From Hydrurus foetidus (taxonomy: Eukaryota): a DNA stretch of 49,960 bases. Below are positions 37,821 to 49,960 of the stretch, piece by piece; positions within the stretch are counted from its first letter, which is position 1; each line of letters opens with the position of its first letter. Where the stretch lies: NCBI GenBank assembly GCA_900617105.1, contig UYFQ01000229.1, forward strand, positions 62,001 to 111,960, read 5' to 3'. Both the position numbers and the translations under genes were made by a program. Below the pieces are notes generated by a model. It saw only the letters and a program-made list of their open reading frames with translations. It made no database searches and had not been told where the DNA came from.

Positions 37821-39005
37821 ATGGGAGGACGAGGCGATGGAAGATTCCAGTCCCGTGGCGGGGGCAGGGGTCGATATGGTAGGGGGCAAGGCGAGCCCCA
37901 TAAACCCATAGTAAAAGGTAGGAAGCCCGAGGTAGGTGCTTACCTGGATTTGCCACGAGGCCAAGCGGCAGATCCGGAAGCCGTGTTGAAATGGCTTGAA
38001 TGTTTAAGAGTTTATATGTATAGTACTTACGAATCTTCCGTTAAAGAAATCATTGGAATAGATGGGGTCCTTACAGATTACGAAGAATTTGTGGAGCCAG
38101 ACGACCCGCCGGATAACGCCGGCATGGTTGCCATAGAGAGGTGGAAGACCGCAAGTAAGAAATATGCTGCTAATATTGAATTACATAAAAAAGACTGTGC
38201 AAAATTGTATGGTGTAATATTAGGTCAGATGTCGGAGGCCTCAATCACGAGGGTGAACGAGATGCCGGCAGGCAAGCGAGCCATAGAGGACTGTGATCCT
38301 CTCGAGGTGTTGACATGTGTGGTTGCTACACACATGAACAACAAAAGGTATGGAGATGTATATAATATGACTACAGCAATTAGAAACTTCTAGAATAATA
38401 AAATGTACCAAAACGAGGATCTAGCTTCATACTTTAGTAGGTGCAGGACGCTTCTGTTTGTCAAGAGCGAGTCATACAGGATCGCCGACGAAGAAGAGCC
38501 CTTCCACACAGATGAGTTTCATGCTGTATTATTTGTAACTGGACTGAGTTCAAACTATTTAGAATATATAAATACGTTTAAGAATAAGGTTCGGTCATGG
38601 CCGCAGACCATGGCCGATGCCAACCAGGACGCGGCCAACTTCCTTATGGGAAGGCCCGTCCACGGAGGAGCTCCCCCGAACTCGGAGAAGCGAAACGTTT
38701 TCGCGGCCAGTCGGGGTGGGAGAGCGGGTTCAGTCGGAAGAGGCGGCAGAGGCCGTGGCAGCGGAGATAGCGGAGCTGAGAAGGGAGGATTCGACACCCC
38801 CGGCAGCGAGAGCAGAGTGAGGGCAGGCACTCCCTATAGGGATAGGGAGGCCACCCCACAGCGAGAGAGAGGTGGTGCCGTACAGGAGTACGGTACCCGT
38901 TATGGAGCGTGCAATAACTGCGGGGAGGAGGGCCACTATGCGTACGAGTGTAAGAAGCCCCCGAGGAAGAACGCACCTGCGCGTCACACTTCCTCGGAAA
39001 AGTAA
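37821..39005 (+). pseudogene. gag: Copia E gag (in-frame TAG at 38391)
   Basis: RGG-rich N-terminus; CNNCGEEGHYAYEC zinc knuckle. Confidence 0.88.
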
Positions 39006-42000
39006 GTCCCTTATATGCTTTTTTACCTGATTCACTAGCTAAGGATGTAAATGTTCCGTGTGGGGAAACCGGACTGCATGACGTATTTGCAACGTCGACC
39101 GGTTACCCTGCGTTTGTGCCATTGTTAGATAAAGCATGCAGCTTGGAGAATTTTTGTCCACTGAACAGTAAAAATTGTGGGGGTGACCCTGTGATTTTTA
39201 GTGCGAATGTATATACACACAGTTCCACATTTACAGATAGACAAGTGTTGTTAGATACATGTGCAGCAGAGTCAGTATTTTGTAGTGGAGATTTATTTTA
39301 TAGTATTATGCCGTCCGCTACCCCGATGATTATTAATGGAGTGAACCCTCAGGGGGAACCCTTGATAATCACGGAGTGTGGCGAGACGGACTTCGGAACA
39401 GTTTACTACGATAGCAATTGTATAGCGAATATATTATCCTTCGGTAACATAGTCAGCTCGAGCGAGTCAGTTAGCTATGACAGTGACCAGGATTGTTACA
39501 AAGTTAGGATGATTAAGTTAGGACCTGTATATAGATTTGTCCATGATCAGTCTACGAACATATATCTATGCGACTTAGACAGAAATGTCAGTTACAAGAA
39601 TGTATCGTTCGATAAATCGATCATGGTCATGACAGTTAAGGATAAGAAGAAACTGTATACAGCTAGACAAGTTAAGTCAGCAGAGTTAGCTAGAGAGTAT
39701 CAGAGAAAGTTAGGTTACGCCAGCCCAGGACAGTTAATTAAATTAATAGGTCAGGGGAAATTAGATAAGAGTGACATAACAGCGCAAGATGTAGTTAGAG
39801 CATTAGATATTTTTGGACCAGATTTGGGTTCCCTTAAGGGGAAAACAACTAGTCACAAAACTGAGTTAGAGGAAGAGATGCCAGTTGTAGATAGGCAGTT
39901 CCTGAACCAGGTTATGTACATAGATTTGATGTTTGTGAACTCGATACCCTATTTAGTCACAGTTACAAATCCCTTAGAATATGTGATGATATGTAAACTC
40001 TCACGTAAAAATAAGTCTTCCCTATGGATGAACTTAGAGAGCAACATACATCACATTACTAAGTATGGATTTAAGATAACTATGATAAGAATAGACGGAG
40101 AGTCGGCAGTTAACACCTTAAGTTTTGAGAGTAAGCTAGCCGCACTAGGTATTATATTAGACAGTACTGGAGCAGGAGAAGCAGTAGCTGTAGTTGAGAG
40201 GAAGATCAGAGTGATCAAGGAACGTGTTCGTGCCATCATTAACACGGTACCTTTTTCACTGAGTGAGCTACTAGAAAGTTGGTTACTTAGATATGTTGTG
40301 AACAGATTAAATTTAGTACCAACTAGAAACAGTGTAGCTTACGTCAGCCCCAGAGAGAAATTATACGGTAGAAAGATTAACGTAGATAAGGAGTTGAAAC
40401 ACGGTTTCGGTGATTACGTACAAGTACATACCGACTCCGTGGACAACTCGACTAAACCCAGATCACAGGCAGCAATAGCATTAGTTAGTGCAGGCAACCT
40501 AGAAGGGTCATGGTATTATCTGCTGTTAGCTAACTTAAAAGTAGTAAAGAGGACAAAGGCTACTAGCCTACCAATGACAGATGATGTGATCAGTTACCTC
40601 GATAAGTTAGCATCTGAGAGGAAATTAAATATGTCAGTGAATGTCAAGCAACCTATTTTCGAACAGAGTAATCAAATCCTCGAAGACGATGGAAATGATT
40701 ACTCCAACGATGAATTTGAGTTGCAGACACCTGACATGATAACACCGTATAGTTATCCTACAGAAGACGAATTTGTGCATCATGAGATAGCAAATAATTT
40801 TGACTCATACGATGGCAATTCTGATGTAGCTTACGAATCAGAGTTCGAACAATTAACAGAATACATACCAAATGATATATACGTTAATGAAGGAGAGGAT
40901 GTAGTGTATGACGATACACCAACTGACCCCGATGCATTAATGAATGATATATTTGGTGTAGACAGTGATGATGAGGTAGATACCCCCACCACAGAAAATA
41001 GCAAGTCAGAGGAAATTCTAGATAAACAACCCAGACGTAGTGCTAGAAACCATCAGCCAGGTAGATGGAACAAGAGATTAGTAGGTTTAAGTATACCTAG
41101 CTACAAAGATTCAGTTATGTGTAAGTACATGATGAACATGACCGTAACAGAAGGAGTACAGAAATTAGGCGAGATAGCCGTAGATTCCATTAAAAAGAGT
41201 TACAACAGATGTGTGATAAGAATGTGTGGGAGGCAGTTCACCTCAACAGTCTTAGTTACGATCAGAGGAAAAGTATCATAACCAGCAGTATGTTTTTAAA
41301 AGATAAGTATACAGCAGATGGTAAATTTGATAAGCTAAAATCTAGACTTGTAGCAGGAGGTCATTTACAAGATAGAAATATATATGATAACGGTTCATCA
41401 CCAACTGTTAGCACCACTAGCGTATTTATTGTTGCTGCAATTGCTGCTAGTGAAAATCGAGCGGTCGCTACGATCGATTTTCCTGGTGCATTCCTCAACA
41501 GTGATATGCCACTAGACGGTGACCATGCAGTGCTGATGAGACTGAATAAATATTTGACTAACATATTAGTTAGCATTGACAAGTCCTATCAGAAGTATGT
41601 AAATGAGAAAGGAACAGTAGTAGTTAAGCTTAAGAAAGCATTATATGGATGCGTAGAGTCAGCTAAGTTATGGTACGATAAAATATCATCAGACTTAACA
41701 CAGTTAGGCTATAAGGTAAATCCATCAGACATATGTGTATTCAATAGGACTGAGCTAGATTCCACTCAGACTACTTTAGTTATCCATGTTGATGATATGA
41801 TGATCAGCAGTAGGGATGAGAAGCGTATAGATAGTATAATTTCAAAGATAGAAAAACTATACCCAGGCTTGACTAAGAGTAGAGGTGAAGTGTTGAATTA
41901 TATAGGTATGACTTTTAACTTTGAGCAGTTAGGCAGAGTTGTCATATCCATGGAAGGTTTCATAAAAGACTTGTTAGACGATTGCATAGAGATTGTGGAG

Positions 42001-42735
42001 GTGTCTAGAGCACCTGCCGACGATAATCTATTTAAGATCGATCTTAACAGTCCTTTATTGAAAGATAAAGAACGTGAGAGATTCCACTCACTAACAGCTA
42101 AGTTGTTATATTTAAGTAAGAGAACCAGACCAGACATACTGACATGTATAGCATATCTAACTAAAAGAGTCTTAGAACCTAGAACCGACGACTGGAATAA
42201 GTTAGCGCATACTATACGGTATATCAGAGAGACTAGAGCTATGCCGCTGACCCTAGAGGTAGATACTCCGGTTAAGGTTATAGCCTATATAGATGCATCA
42301 TACGCTGTACATGCAGATAAGAAGAGTCACACTGGCTGTATTATAACACTAGGTAAGGGAGCAATATATGGTAAGAGTTCCACTCAGAAATTAAATACTA
42401 CGTCTAGCACAGAGGCAGAACTAGTAGCTATGACTGAAGCAGGTAATCAGGTTTTATGGACTAGGAATTTCCTTATCCATCAAGAGTATGAGGTAGGTCC
42501 AGCTTTAATCTACCAAGATAACCTATCCACAATTCAGTTAGTTAAGAACGGTAGGTCCAACAGTGAAAGAACTAGACACATAGACATCAAGTTTTTCTTC
42601 CTGCATGACCGAATTAAATCAGACCATATTATTGTAACCTACAAGAGTACTAAAGAAATGATTGCAGATTTGCTGACCAAGCCACTGCAGGGGAAGCTAT
42701 TCCAAGAGCTACGTGACCAAGTGCTCAATGTATAA
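39002..42735 (+). pseudogene. pol: Copia E pol (one frameshift in an A-run ~41195)
   Basis: LLDTCAAES protease; YIDLMF / RIDGE / VERKI integrase; HVDD RT; RNase H ending ADLLTKPLQG. Confidence 0.93.
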
Positions 42736-43546
42736 AGAAATTCAGGGAGTTATTTATTGATTTTGACTTACCCACTTATAGCGCTTTTTCCAGATAAATT
42801 ACAAAATAAAAATAAAAATCTGATTTCGCTTTAAATCAACATTTGTTTGATAGGACCGCGAGGGACATCGATGCACCGCTTTTGCGACATCGAATGTCGA
42901 CGTTTTAGCGGATTTAAGGGCACCAACATCGGTTGGATCGAACTCGAGACCGGTCACCAGCTGAGGCTTTTTTGACGGTTTAGAAATAGTTTTTCTCGAG
43001 TAATACTTACCCGCTAATCCAACCACCCATGTTTTATTTTACACCATATCACGACGCAACTTGTCAATATTAAAAATTCCGTGAAAAATATTTTTAAGAA
43101 AATTTACTGTTTACCATACCCTAACACTAAGTTCCCTATCTGAGTGTTGTGTGAAACATTATGAACAATAACCAATAAGTATACTATATAAGCATATGCT
43201 AATTAACATATTCACTTATTCAAACAATAACCATCATGGGGGTGTGTTGTGATATCCGGATTAGACTAGGATCTTGTACCCTGTGTGATGTATGATTGTT
43301 TTCATGCACGGGTGTACGTACATTCAGCGATAACATTGACCGCAACCCTCGCACTCATGTTATGCTACCTAGATGTAATCGACAGCATGTCACTGTCGTT
43401 TAATCCAACTTACCGAATAGAACGTCTTCTTCTCTTTTGAGCGAGCGTTGCTAGCAGTCGGAAGTGCAGGGATCGTTTGGGAACTCGGAAGAAATTCCGT
43501 GTAAATCGCCCAGATTTCCAACACGAACGGACCCTATAATATGTTT

Positions 43547-44566
43547 GGCACCCTAATAACGGGAAACTATAAGAAAGGAAGAAAAAACTTTTTTGAGAGA
43601 AAAAAACTATTTCAGATAATCTAGAACTTTAAAAGTGGAGAAGTTGCGACTATTTTTGACGAACTCGCCACTATTTCCAACAATCAAGACTTTTTCGAAG
43701 AAAACACCACTTTAAACCTGTAACCACAACTTTAAAAGAGAAAAAAAACTTTTTCGAACGGAATCGAATTATAAAAATGAAGGGAAAACTCTAAAAAGGA
43801 GGACATCTTAACGACTTCTAGGGTCATGGCCGACTCGGACAATCGGACGGATCACCACAGTCTCTAGCATAGCATTCAAGCGTTATCCTCTTCTGTTCCT
43901 TACTCAGACCTCTCTCGGGTGCTATTTCGAGATCGTTGTGCTGATGTTCAGAACCAGCGAGTTTCAAGAACGCACAGCTCTTCATGCAGCTTGTTCATTA
44001 AACTCATTTTGACATTGCGACCATCATGCGCACGTATCAAGTACGTGAAGCGTCTACCAATGTTATGATTGGTGCAGCCTCACGATAGCAAATTCTCAGC
44101 ACATTAGGCTCTCATTTCAGCCTCTGTTTCAAATGTCTGTTTTGCTACCCAATCAACTCCCACTATAGCCGTCTGGGGTCTCTGGGTATACCTAAATTCC
44201 GTAGACTTCTAGGCTTCTAGGTAGACTTCTAGCCGTGCATCAGGATGTTTCCTAGCGTTTGCCAGTTGTTGCCCTCTTGCACCTAACCCTAAGCAAGACC
44301 TTTTCCCTTCCTAGTCTAGACACTTCTAGGCCACAATTTTATAAAGTCGCTGATTCACTGAAATAGTCTTGATTCTCACATTAAAGTCTTCGATTCGTCG
44401 GAAATAGTTTTGATTCTGCCTTTAAAGTTTTTTTTATTTGAATTAGTGTGACATGTTTTATAAAGTCGCCGATTCACTGAAATAGTCTTGATTCTCACAT
44501 TAAAGTCTTCGATTCGTGGGGAAAAGTTTTGATTCTCTTTTTATAGTTGTCCTTTATATTTAAGTC
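43547..44566. mobile_element. Non-autonomous Mutator-like element
   Basis: 9-bp TSD AATATGTTT (43538-43546 and 44567-44575); imperfect termini resembling those of the MULE at 45113-48212; subterminal tandem repeats ~44337-44536. Confidence 0.7.
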
Positions 44567-44734
44567 AATATGTTTGAGTCTCTGGCAACCCCACACCCAA
44601 CACCTAACACTGCTTCCTGTTTCCTGAGCTCCCATCAGAAAAAGTTTGTTAATAGTTTGGAGCTCAATAAGGTCTGATTGAGGAGAAACCGAGGTGGCTT
44701 CGAAGACTGTTCCATATTTGCCTTCCTGTGAGCT

Positions 44735-45124
44735 ATGGGAAATCAGCAACCTGTATTCAACAGACTGGAAGTTCCGTCATTTGGCCTAGTTTGGCTGAAT
44801 GTAGATGACAGTGCAGGTGACGCCTTTGTTTTGATCCCAGGTGGTGGGGGTAGTACTAAATCAGGAGTGAAAAATCAGATTCAAATAGGGAAAGTTGTAA
44901 ACGACAAGACCGGCGGATTCGAATTCTTGAAACGCTTCGAAACTGATGTGGACGGTAAAAGTGTGCTATGCAGCGGAGTATCTGTTGGAATCTGCATGGG
45001 GAAAAAAGTTGTCTGTGCTTTTCTCGATAATCACTGTGCAATACTAACAGTGGAGAAAATTGGGAATGACTTACTGCTGGAACGAGTTGTTGATTTCAAA
45101 GCTGATTTTAGCGGACCCAAATAA
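44735..45124 (+). pseudogene. SEC12: Truncated duplicate of the SEC12 5' end
   Basis: Matches 49410-49788 up to KADFS, then runs into the MULE terminus and stops. Confidence 0.85.
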
Positions 45125-48100
45125 CGGACAGCTAAAATCTAGAAAATGCGACTATTTCTATGGAATATAACTATTTTCTGGAGTTTATCACTTTTTGGTT
45201 TTTGGCGACACTACTTTTTTTACGCCACTATAATATAAGAAACTCAACTATAAAAAACAAATTTCAACTTGAAGAAGGAATAAAAAACTTTTTTAAGCAA
45301 CACAGCTATTTCTGACAGCCACCAACTTTTTCTGCCAGAGATCACCCAATATCAGATAATTCTGCAGTTTGATTTTGAATTCATCGCGCACTACTCGTCC
45401 ATCACTAACGTGCAGAGTGCAGGCGGCAAGACTTCAATTTAACTCACGATGGATCCAGGAATTGATGTGGATGTGGTAGCGGTTAACGCAGCAGCTGAGG
45501 CTGGCCGCGGCGGAGGTCTTGATTGGACAGCTAGCTTAACATTTGACACTGGTAAGTCTTGACCATCGACTGGCATCGAGGTTGTTCTCCTCTGAAAAAA
45601 CAATTTCTCATTCACTACGCCGTGACAGTCGAACAGGTTAAAGAGTACTTAAAAGAGATGAGGCTCTCCAAATTTCGCACAAACCACAACTTTGGGGTTC
45701 GAGTTACTTACTTGCGATGTTCTGTAGCAGGATGTCCATATCGTTGTCGGCTTAAGGAGAACATCGACTACGGAGGCGACATACCCCATTTCGAATTTGA
45801 AATACTTACTGCCAGCGAGCACAATCATCAGATGGAAATTGTTCGCGAGAGGGGACTCACTCTGCAACAGAAAAATATCATTGACCTAAGTCTTGAGAGA
45901 AATCAGTCGGAACCGAAGAAGGTACTCAATTTCATGTTAATCACTCCGAATGAAGCTCAAGAGTAAATAGATTCATAACCAACTAATCTTATTTATCTTA
46001 ACTCAGGTCGTCAGAGAGTTTAATAGACTACGGCAGCTAGCAATACTGGCGAATGAAGACCCAGTTCCAACGCCAAACAAAGCTATGATATCTAGCTACA
46101 CATCATATAAAAAACTGCAGCAGCGGGGAGGCGTGCCCGTCGGCGAGCAAAGCCTCCAACACATCCTTGACTTCGCCGCGGCAGTCGAGCTGAAGCCCAC
46201 GAGCGGAGACCATGAAGCCTGCTGCATACAGTGTGTAGTTAATAGTCAGAAGATCGAAGCCTTTTTTGCGATAGTCCTATCTACGAGGAGACTACTCAGC
46301 GGATTGGACAGCTCAAGGCCGATTGAAACTGATGAAACATTCAAAGTCATTCATGAAGGATACGCGTTGACTCTCATTGGGCAAAGCGATATGAACAGAG
46401 TCTGGCATGTGAGGTAAACTGGCACTGATTTTCTATCAGATGAGATCTATCTGTCTAATCATTTACCCAATGCTCCAAATATCAGGGCCATCGGTGTGTC
46501 GACAAATTCGACACAGGAAGTCGGCGAAATTTACCTTCGAGCAATTCGGGAGCACGCCCCTGACTTTCATCCCACGGCCTACCTCGGGGACGCAGCTGAG
46601 GCATTTGCCAATGCCGCCAGCGCTGTCTTCGACTCAATTACATCAAGATTGATGTGCTTCGCCCATGTCTACAAGGTACGCAGTCGATGTGTGAAGCAAT
46701 CCTCGAACTTCGAACATCCATCCGATTTTTCAAAACATTTTTCATTTTTCGTTTTTGTTATAATTTTCATGTCATGAACTTCTTTAGGCAACGGAAAAAC
46801 ATGCAAAGAGAATTGTAGATATGCAAATAAAAGCCAACTTTATGCAAGATATAAATGCAATTTCTTATGCATGGACACCTGAGGTAGCCGTTATGTTGAA
46901 AGCTCTATTTTTTAAAAAGTGGGAAGAGCATCCTAACCCCATTGTACTTAGCGTTACGGAGCATTTCAAAACTGAATGGTGCAATGAGCGACTTGGGAAC
47001 TGGACCTCAGGACATGCGCATAACTGTGTCGTCAATACCAATGGCTTAGAAGGCACAAATAAGGTCATAAAAGATGAATTGACATACAGACAGCTTCTTC
47101 CGATCATGGATTTCCTGCAAAAAGGATTAGTGTGGGTTCGTGAGCAGTCAGAAAACAGATCAGATGGGCCTGATGGGGTTCCTAATCCAAACAAGTTGAC
47201 TTTTGCAAACAGTCACACCTTCACTACTAACGATTGGACTTCGGCTAATTCATGGAAAAATAATACTTCGAAGCAGATTCGGTTTTTGCCGCTTTTGAAT
47301 GTATACGTCGCAGTTGATGCGGGTGCCAGAGGTCATCTAACGGATGTCAAAGCTACTGCCTACGCCACAACTTTTGCGGAGTGCGCATGGGATACATTTG
47401 ATGAGTATACATCTATGTTTTTTAATGTATGCATATTACACCATGATGAAACACGTCCTGAAATGTATGACTGTACTTGCAGTGCAAATGCGAAAAAATT
47501 TACATGCGTGCACTCATTGGGAGTAGCGATGATGAGAGGAACTCTAATTCCACCGCAAGCAGCGCAAGTCCAGCTACTAGGACGGAAAAGAAAAAGAGGT
47601 CGGAAGCCACTTGCTGCTCCTGCATGGGAGCGGATGGCATTTGCGTTGGACACCCCACCACAGCACCCACAGCAGGAAGCTGCTATCCTCCTTGGACCTC
47701 ATGCTGTGATACAGCTCGATGGAGTGGGTGCCGATCTCGCTGCTGAATTTGTTTAAAGTCTATAACTAACTCTATTAGGATAGTATCTTAAAGTAGCTTT
47801 AATTCAATGAGAAGAGATCTCACTGGAGTAAATTAATCGACTTAAAAATTGCTTATGACAAAGTCACTTTAGAACAGAATGACAAAGCTGAGAGTGATTG
47901 ACAGGGTGGCCAATACAGAATACAGCTTCTCAATAAAATAGCTGTCCCTAACAGAAAATAGTGCCCTTTCCATAGAAAAAGTTACGTTATAACAGAAATA
48001 GCTGTCTTTAACAGTAATAGCTGTCTTTAACAGTAATAGCTGTTTTTAACAGAAATAGCTGTTCTTATCAGAAATAGTTGTAGTTGTTAATAAAAGTTGT

Positions 48101-48212
48101 TTTAACAGAATAAGTTACAGTTTGGTTAATAGTGGCGATTCCAGATTTAAAGTTGCAATTCCATAGAATAGTTATATTTTCCAGATTTTAGTTGCACGTT
48201 ATATTTAAGCCC
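45113..48212 (+). mobile_element. Autonomous-looking Mutator (MULE) transposon
   Basis: Imperfect long TIRs GGACCCAAATAACGGACAGCTAAAATCTAG... / ...CCAGATTTTAGTTGCACGTTATATTTAAGCCC; intact spliced transposase; no matching short TSD. Confidence 0.88.
45449..47756 (+). CDS. MULE transposase, 653 aa (exons 45449-45551, 45629-45921, 46007-46413, 46486-46675, 46788-47756)
   Basis: Four GT-AG introns give one continuous frame; C...CP...HNH zinc ribbon, ETDETFK, GDAAEA, CFAH, TNGLEG and SWIM CTC...CVH motifs. Confidence 0.88.
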
Positions 48213-48417
48213 TTTATATTTAAAAGTCAATATGTTTGAGGGTCCGTTTGGTAAATTCGACGAAAAACGGCGTTTTTCGAAATCACGATTCGGACTTCGG
48301 ATCGAGATCTGAAAAATCGTGTTTTTTCGATTTTCGAAAAACCCGTTTTACCAAACGGCCTGAAATCCCACCTTTAACCTCATACGTGTTCATGCACAAC
48401 ACATAATAGAGTAAACG

Positions 48418-48603
48418 ATGTTCAATCCTGATGATGGTCTAATAAACCTTAAATTGCTGGTTGCTGTTGTTTTGGCAGCTGAGAATATTGACGGTGTGCA
48501 TCCAGTCATCCAACACGACTCCGAGCTCACTGGTGCGAAGTACTTTAGTGAGCTCATGCGCACCGAAAATGTGCACCGATTTCATCAAGTTGCCAGAATG
48601 GAT
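48418..48603 (+). pseudogene. Harbinger transposase N-terminal stub
   Basis: TGAKYFSELM...RFHQVARMD resembles the G..Y..EL...F....RM N-terminus of PIF transposases. Confidence 0.6.
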
Positions 48604-49003
48604 TACGTCCAAATAATGCCGTTAATTCGTTAAAAAACATCAATGGTCCATCGGCAAACTCAGCAGCTTTTGGATGGCTAGCATAATACTCGTTTAATGC
48701 TTCTGAGGCACCAGTGACCATACCACTTGCATCCATCCCAAAACCACTTTGGTTTGCATACTTTGTGAACTCAAGGTATTTCTTCTTCAAAGAAAAACAT
48801 TGAGTTTTAAGCATCTCTTTGTTATACTCTAAACCTGTCCTGATTTTGAACTCGTCAGCTATGATCTGCCAAGCAGTCTTGTCGTTAGACAAGTTTGCAA
48901 ATCTGCCGGCAGAATGCTTCGTCAGTAGGTCGATCAGAACTTTGCGGTTCATGTTCGACTACTTCGCCACGTCCTTTTTCTTGAAGGACGTCGACATCAT
49001 TAT
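48604..49003 (-). pseudogene. Harbinger Myb/SANT-like protein fragment
   Basis: KTAWQIIADEF...LKTQCFSLKKKY...SGFGMD...HPKAAEF, homologous to 36569-37238. Confidence 0.8.
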
Positions 49004-49409
49004 GCTATATTGTGTAGTATGTAGTGCATAAACGGTGGTTGCTACGACAGTTACCTCGATATTTTTGAACCAGGATGATCGGGTCCCAGACGATTCGAGG
49101 GCAAAGCTCTTTCTCGTGGAATCGCGATTTATCGAAAAAAAATCGGTTTCAGAAATTTACCAAACACCGGATTTGAAAAATTGAGAAATTTCAAAAAAAC
49201 GGGGGAAAATCTCGTGGGATCGCGATTTTTCGATTTACCAAACGCACCCTGAGTCTCTGGCAACCCCACACCCAACACCTAACACTGCTTCCTGTTTCCT
49301 GAGCTCCCATCAGAAAAAGTTTGTTAATAGTTTGGAGCTCAATAAGGTCTGATTGAGGAGAAACCGAGGTGGCTTTGAAGACTGTTCCATATTTGCCTTC
49401 CTGTGAGCT

Positions 49410-49960
49410 ATGGGAAATCAGCAACCTGTATTCAACAGACTGGAAGTTCCGTCATTTGGCCTAGTTTGGCTGAATGTAGATGACAGTGCAGGTGACGCCT
49501 TTGTTTTGATCCCAGGTGGTGGGGGTAGTACTAAATCAGGAGTGAAAAATCAGATTCAAATAGGGAAAGTTGTAAACGACAAGACCGGCGGATTCGAATT
49601 CTTGAAACGCTTCGAAACTGATGTGGACGGTAAAAGTGTGCTATGCAGCGGAGTATCTGTTGGAATCTGCATGGGGAAAAAAGTTGTCTGTGCTTTTCTC
49701 GATAATCACTGTGCAATACTAACAGTGGAGAAAATTGGGAATGACTTACTGCTGGAACGAGTTGTTGATTTCAAAGCTGATTTTAGCGAAGATGGCTCTG
49801 TAAACTGTGCATGTATTTTACCATCTGGTCATATTGTCACTGGTGGAGACGATGGTATTTGCCGGCTTTGGGCTGTCGGTTATATCAAAGATTCGAATTC
49901 ATCTGCTCCTGCTATTTGGAGAGTAAGGATGCTAAGTATGATGGAGGGTCATACAGCCGC
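49410..49960 (+). CDS. SEC12: SEC12/PREB-like WD40 Sar1 guanine-nucleotide exchange factor, 5' part (runs off window)
   Basis: GGGGSTKSGVKN K-loop motif; WD40 repeat IVTGGDDGICRLW...EGH. Confidence 0.8.
   Translation, partial: MGNQQPVFNRLEVPSFGLVWLNVDDSAGDAFVLIPGGGGSTKSGVKNQIQIGKVVNDKTGGFEFLKRFETDVDGKSVLCSGVSVGICMGKKVVCAFLDNHCAILTVEKIGNDLLLERVVDFKADFSEDGSVNCACILPSGHIVTGGDDGICRLWAVGYIKDSNSSAPAIWRVRMLSMMEGHTA

Larger units (their letters stand above)
37487..43523 (+). mobile_element. Copia LTR retrotransposon E (full length, very recent)
   Basis: 279-bp LTRs 37487-37765 and 43245-43523 (1 mismatch seen); TSD CGAAC; pol homologous to D. Confidence 0.97.
36405..43534 (-). mobile_element. Non-autonomous PIF/Harbinger element (~1.1 kb) whose right TIR is split by Copia E
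   Basis: TIR GGGTCCGTTCGGTAACTTC versus GAAGCTACCGAAC[E]GGACCC; 3-bp TSD TAT; Myb/SANT ORF. Confidence 0.85.
48240..49249. mobile_element. Internally deleted PIF/Harbinger element in the SEC12 upstream region
   Basis: TIR GGGTCCGTTTGGTAAAT / ATTTACCAAACGCACCC; TSD TGA; empty site visible in the duplicate at ~44575; convergent transposase N-terminal stub and Myb/SANT ORF. Confidence 0.92.

Noticed and set aside
39002..39201. Intron joining gag to pol
   Set aside because: In frame for E, but the equivalent donor/acceptor pair in D is out of frame, so a -1 shift fits both better; not fully excluded
47930..48130. CRISPR-like repeats (AATAGCTGTCTTTAACAG)
   Set aside because: No unique spacers; these are MULE subterminal repeats in a eukaryotic genome

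Overview
Eukaryotic nuclear DNA with short GT-AG introns, standard code and TTAGGG-type repeats. It is probably stramenopile/algal, an inference from the diatom-CoDi-like Copia elements. Four host genes lie among dense, mostly recent transposons: the 3' end of a calcineurin-like metallophosphoesterase, mitochondrial ribosomal protein S15, HMG-CoA reductase and the 5' part of SEC12. There are four TSD-bounded Ty1/Copia elements (A 3376-13477 minus, B 13693-19157, D 20164-26488, E 37487-43523), with further LTR-element fragments nested inside A. DNA transposons include a pogo-like transposase, two internally deleted PIF/Harbinger elements, an apparently intact 5-exon MULE, a non-autonomous MULE and several MITEs. 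The main observation is that Copia elements A, D and E have no tRNA-type primer-binding site. In each, the 11 nt directly after the 5' LTR are the exact reverse complement of an 11-mer inside its own LTR, and the three 11-mers differ. This is the signature of Tf1-style self-primed reverse transcription, here in the Copia superfamily. D and E also show a shared candidate -1 gag-pol frameshift, and the MULE is flanked by a ~560-bp tandem duplication of the SEC12 5' end.
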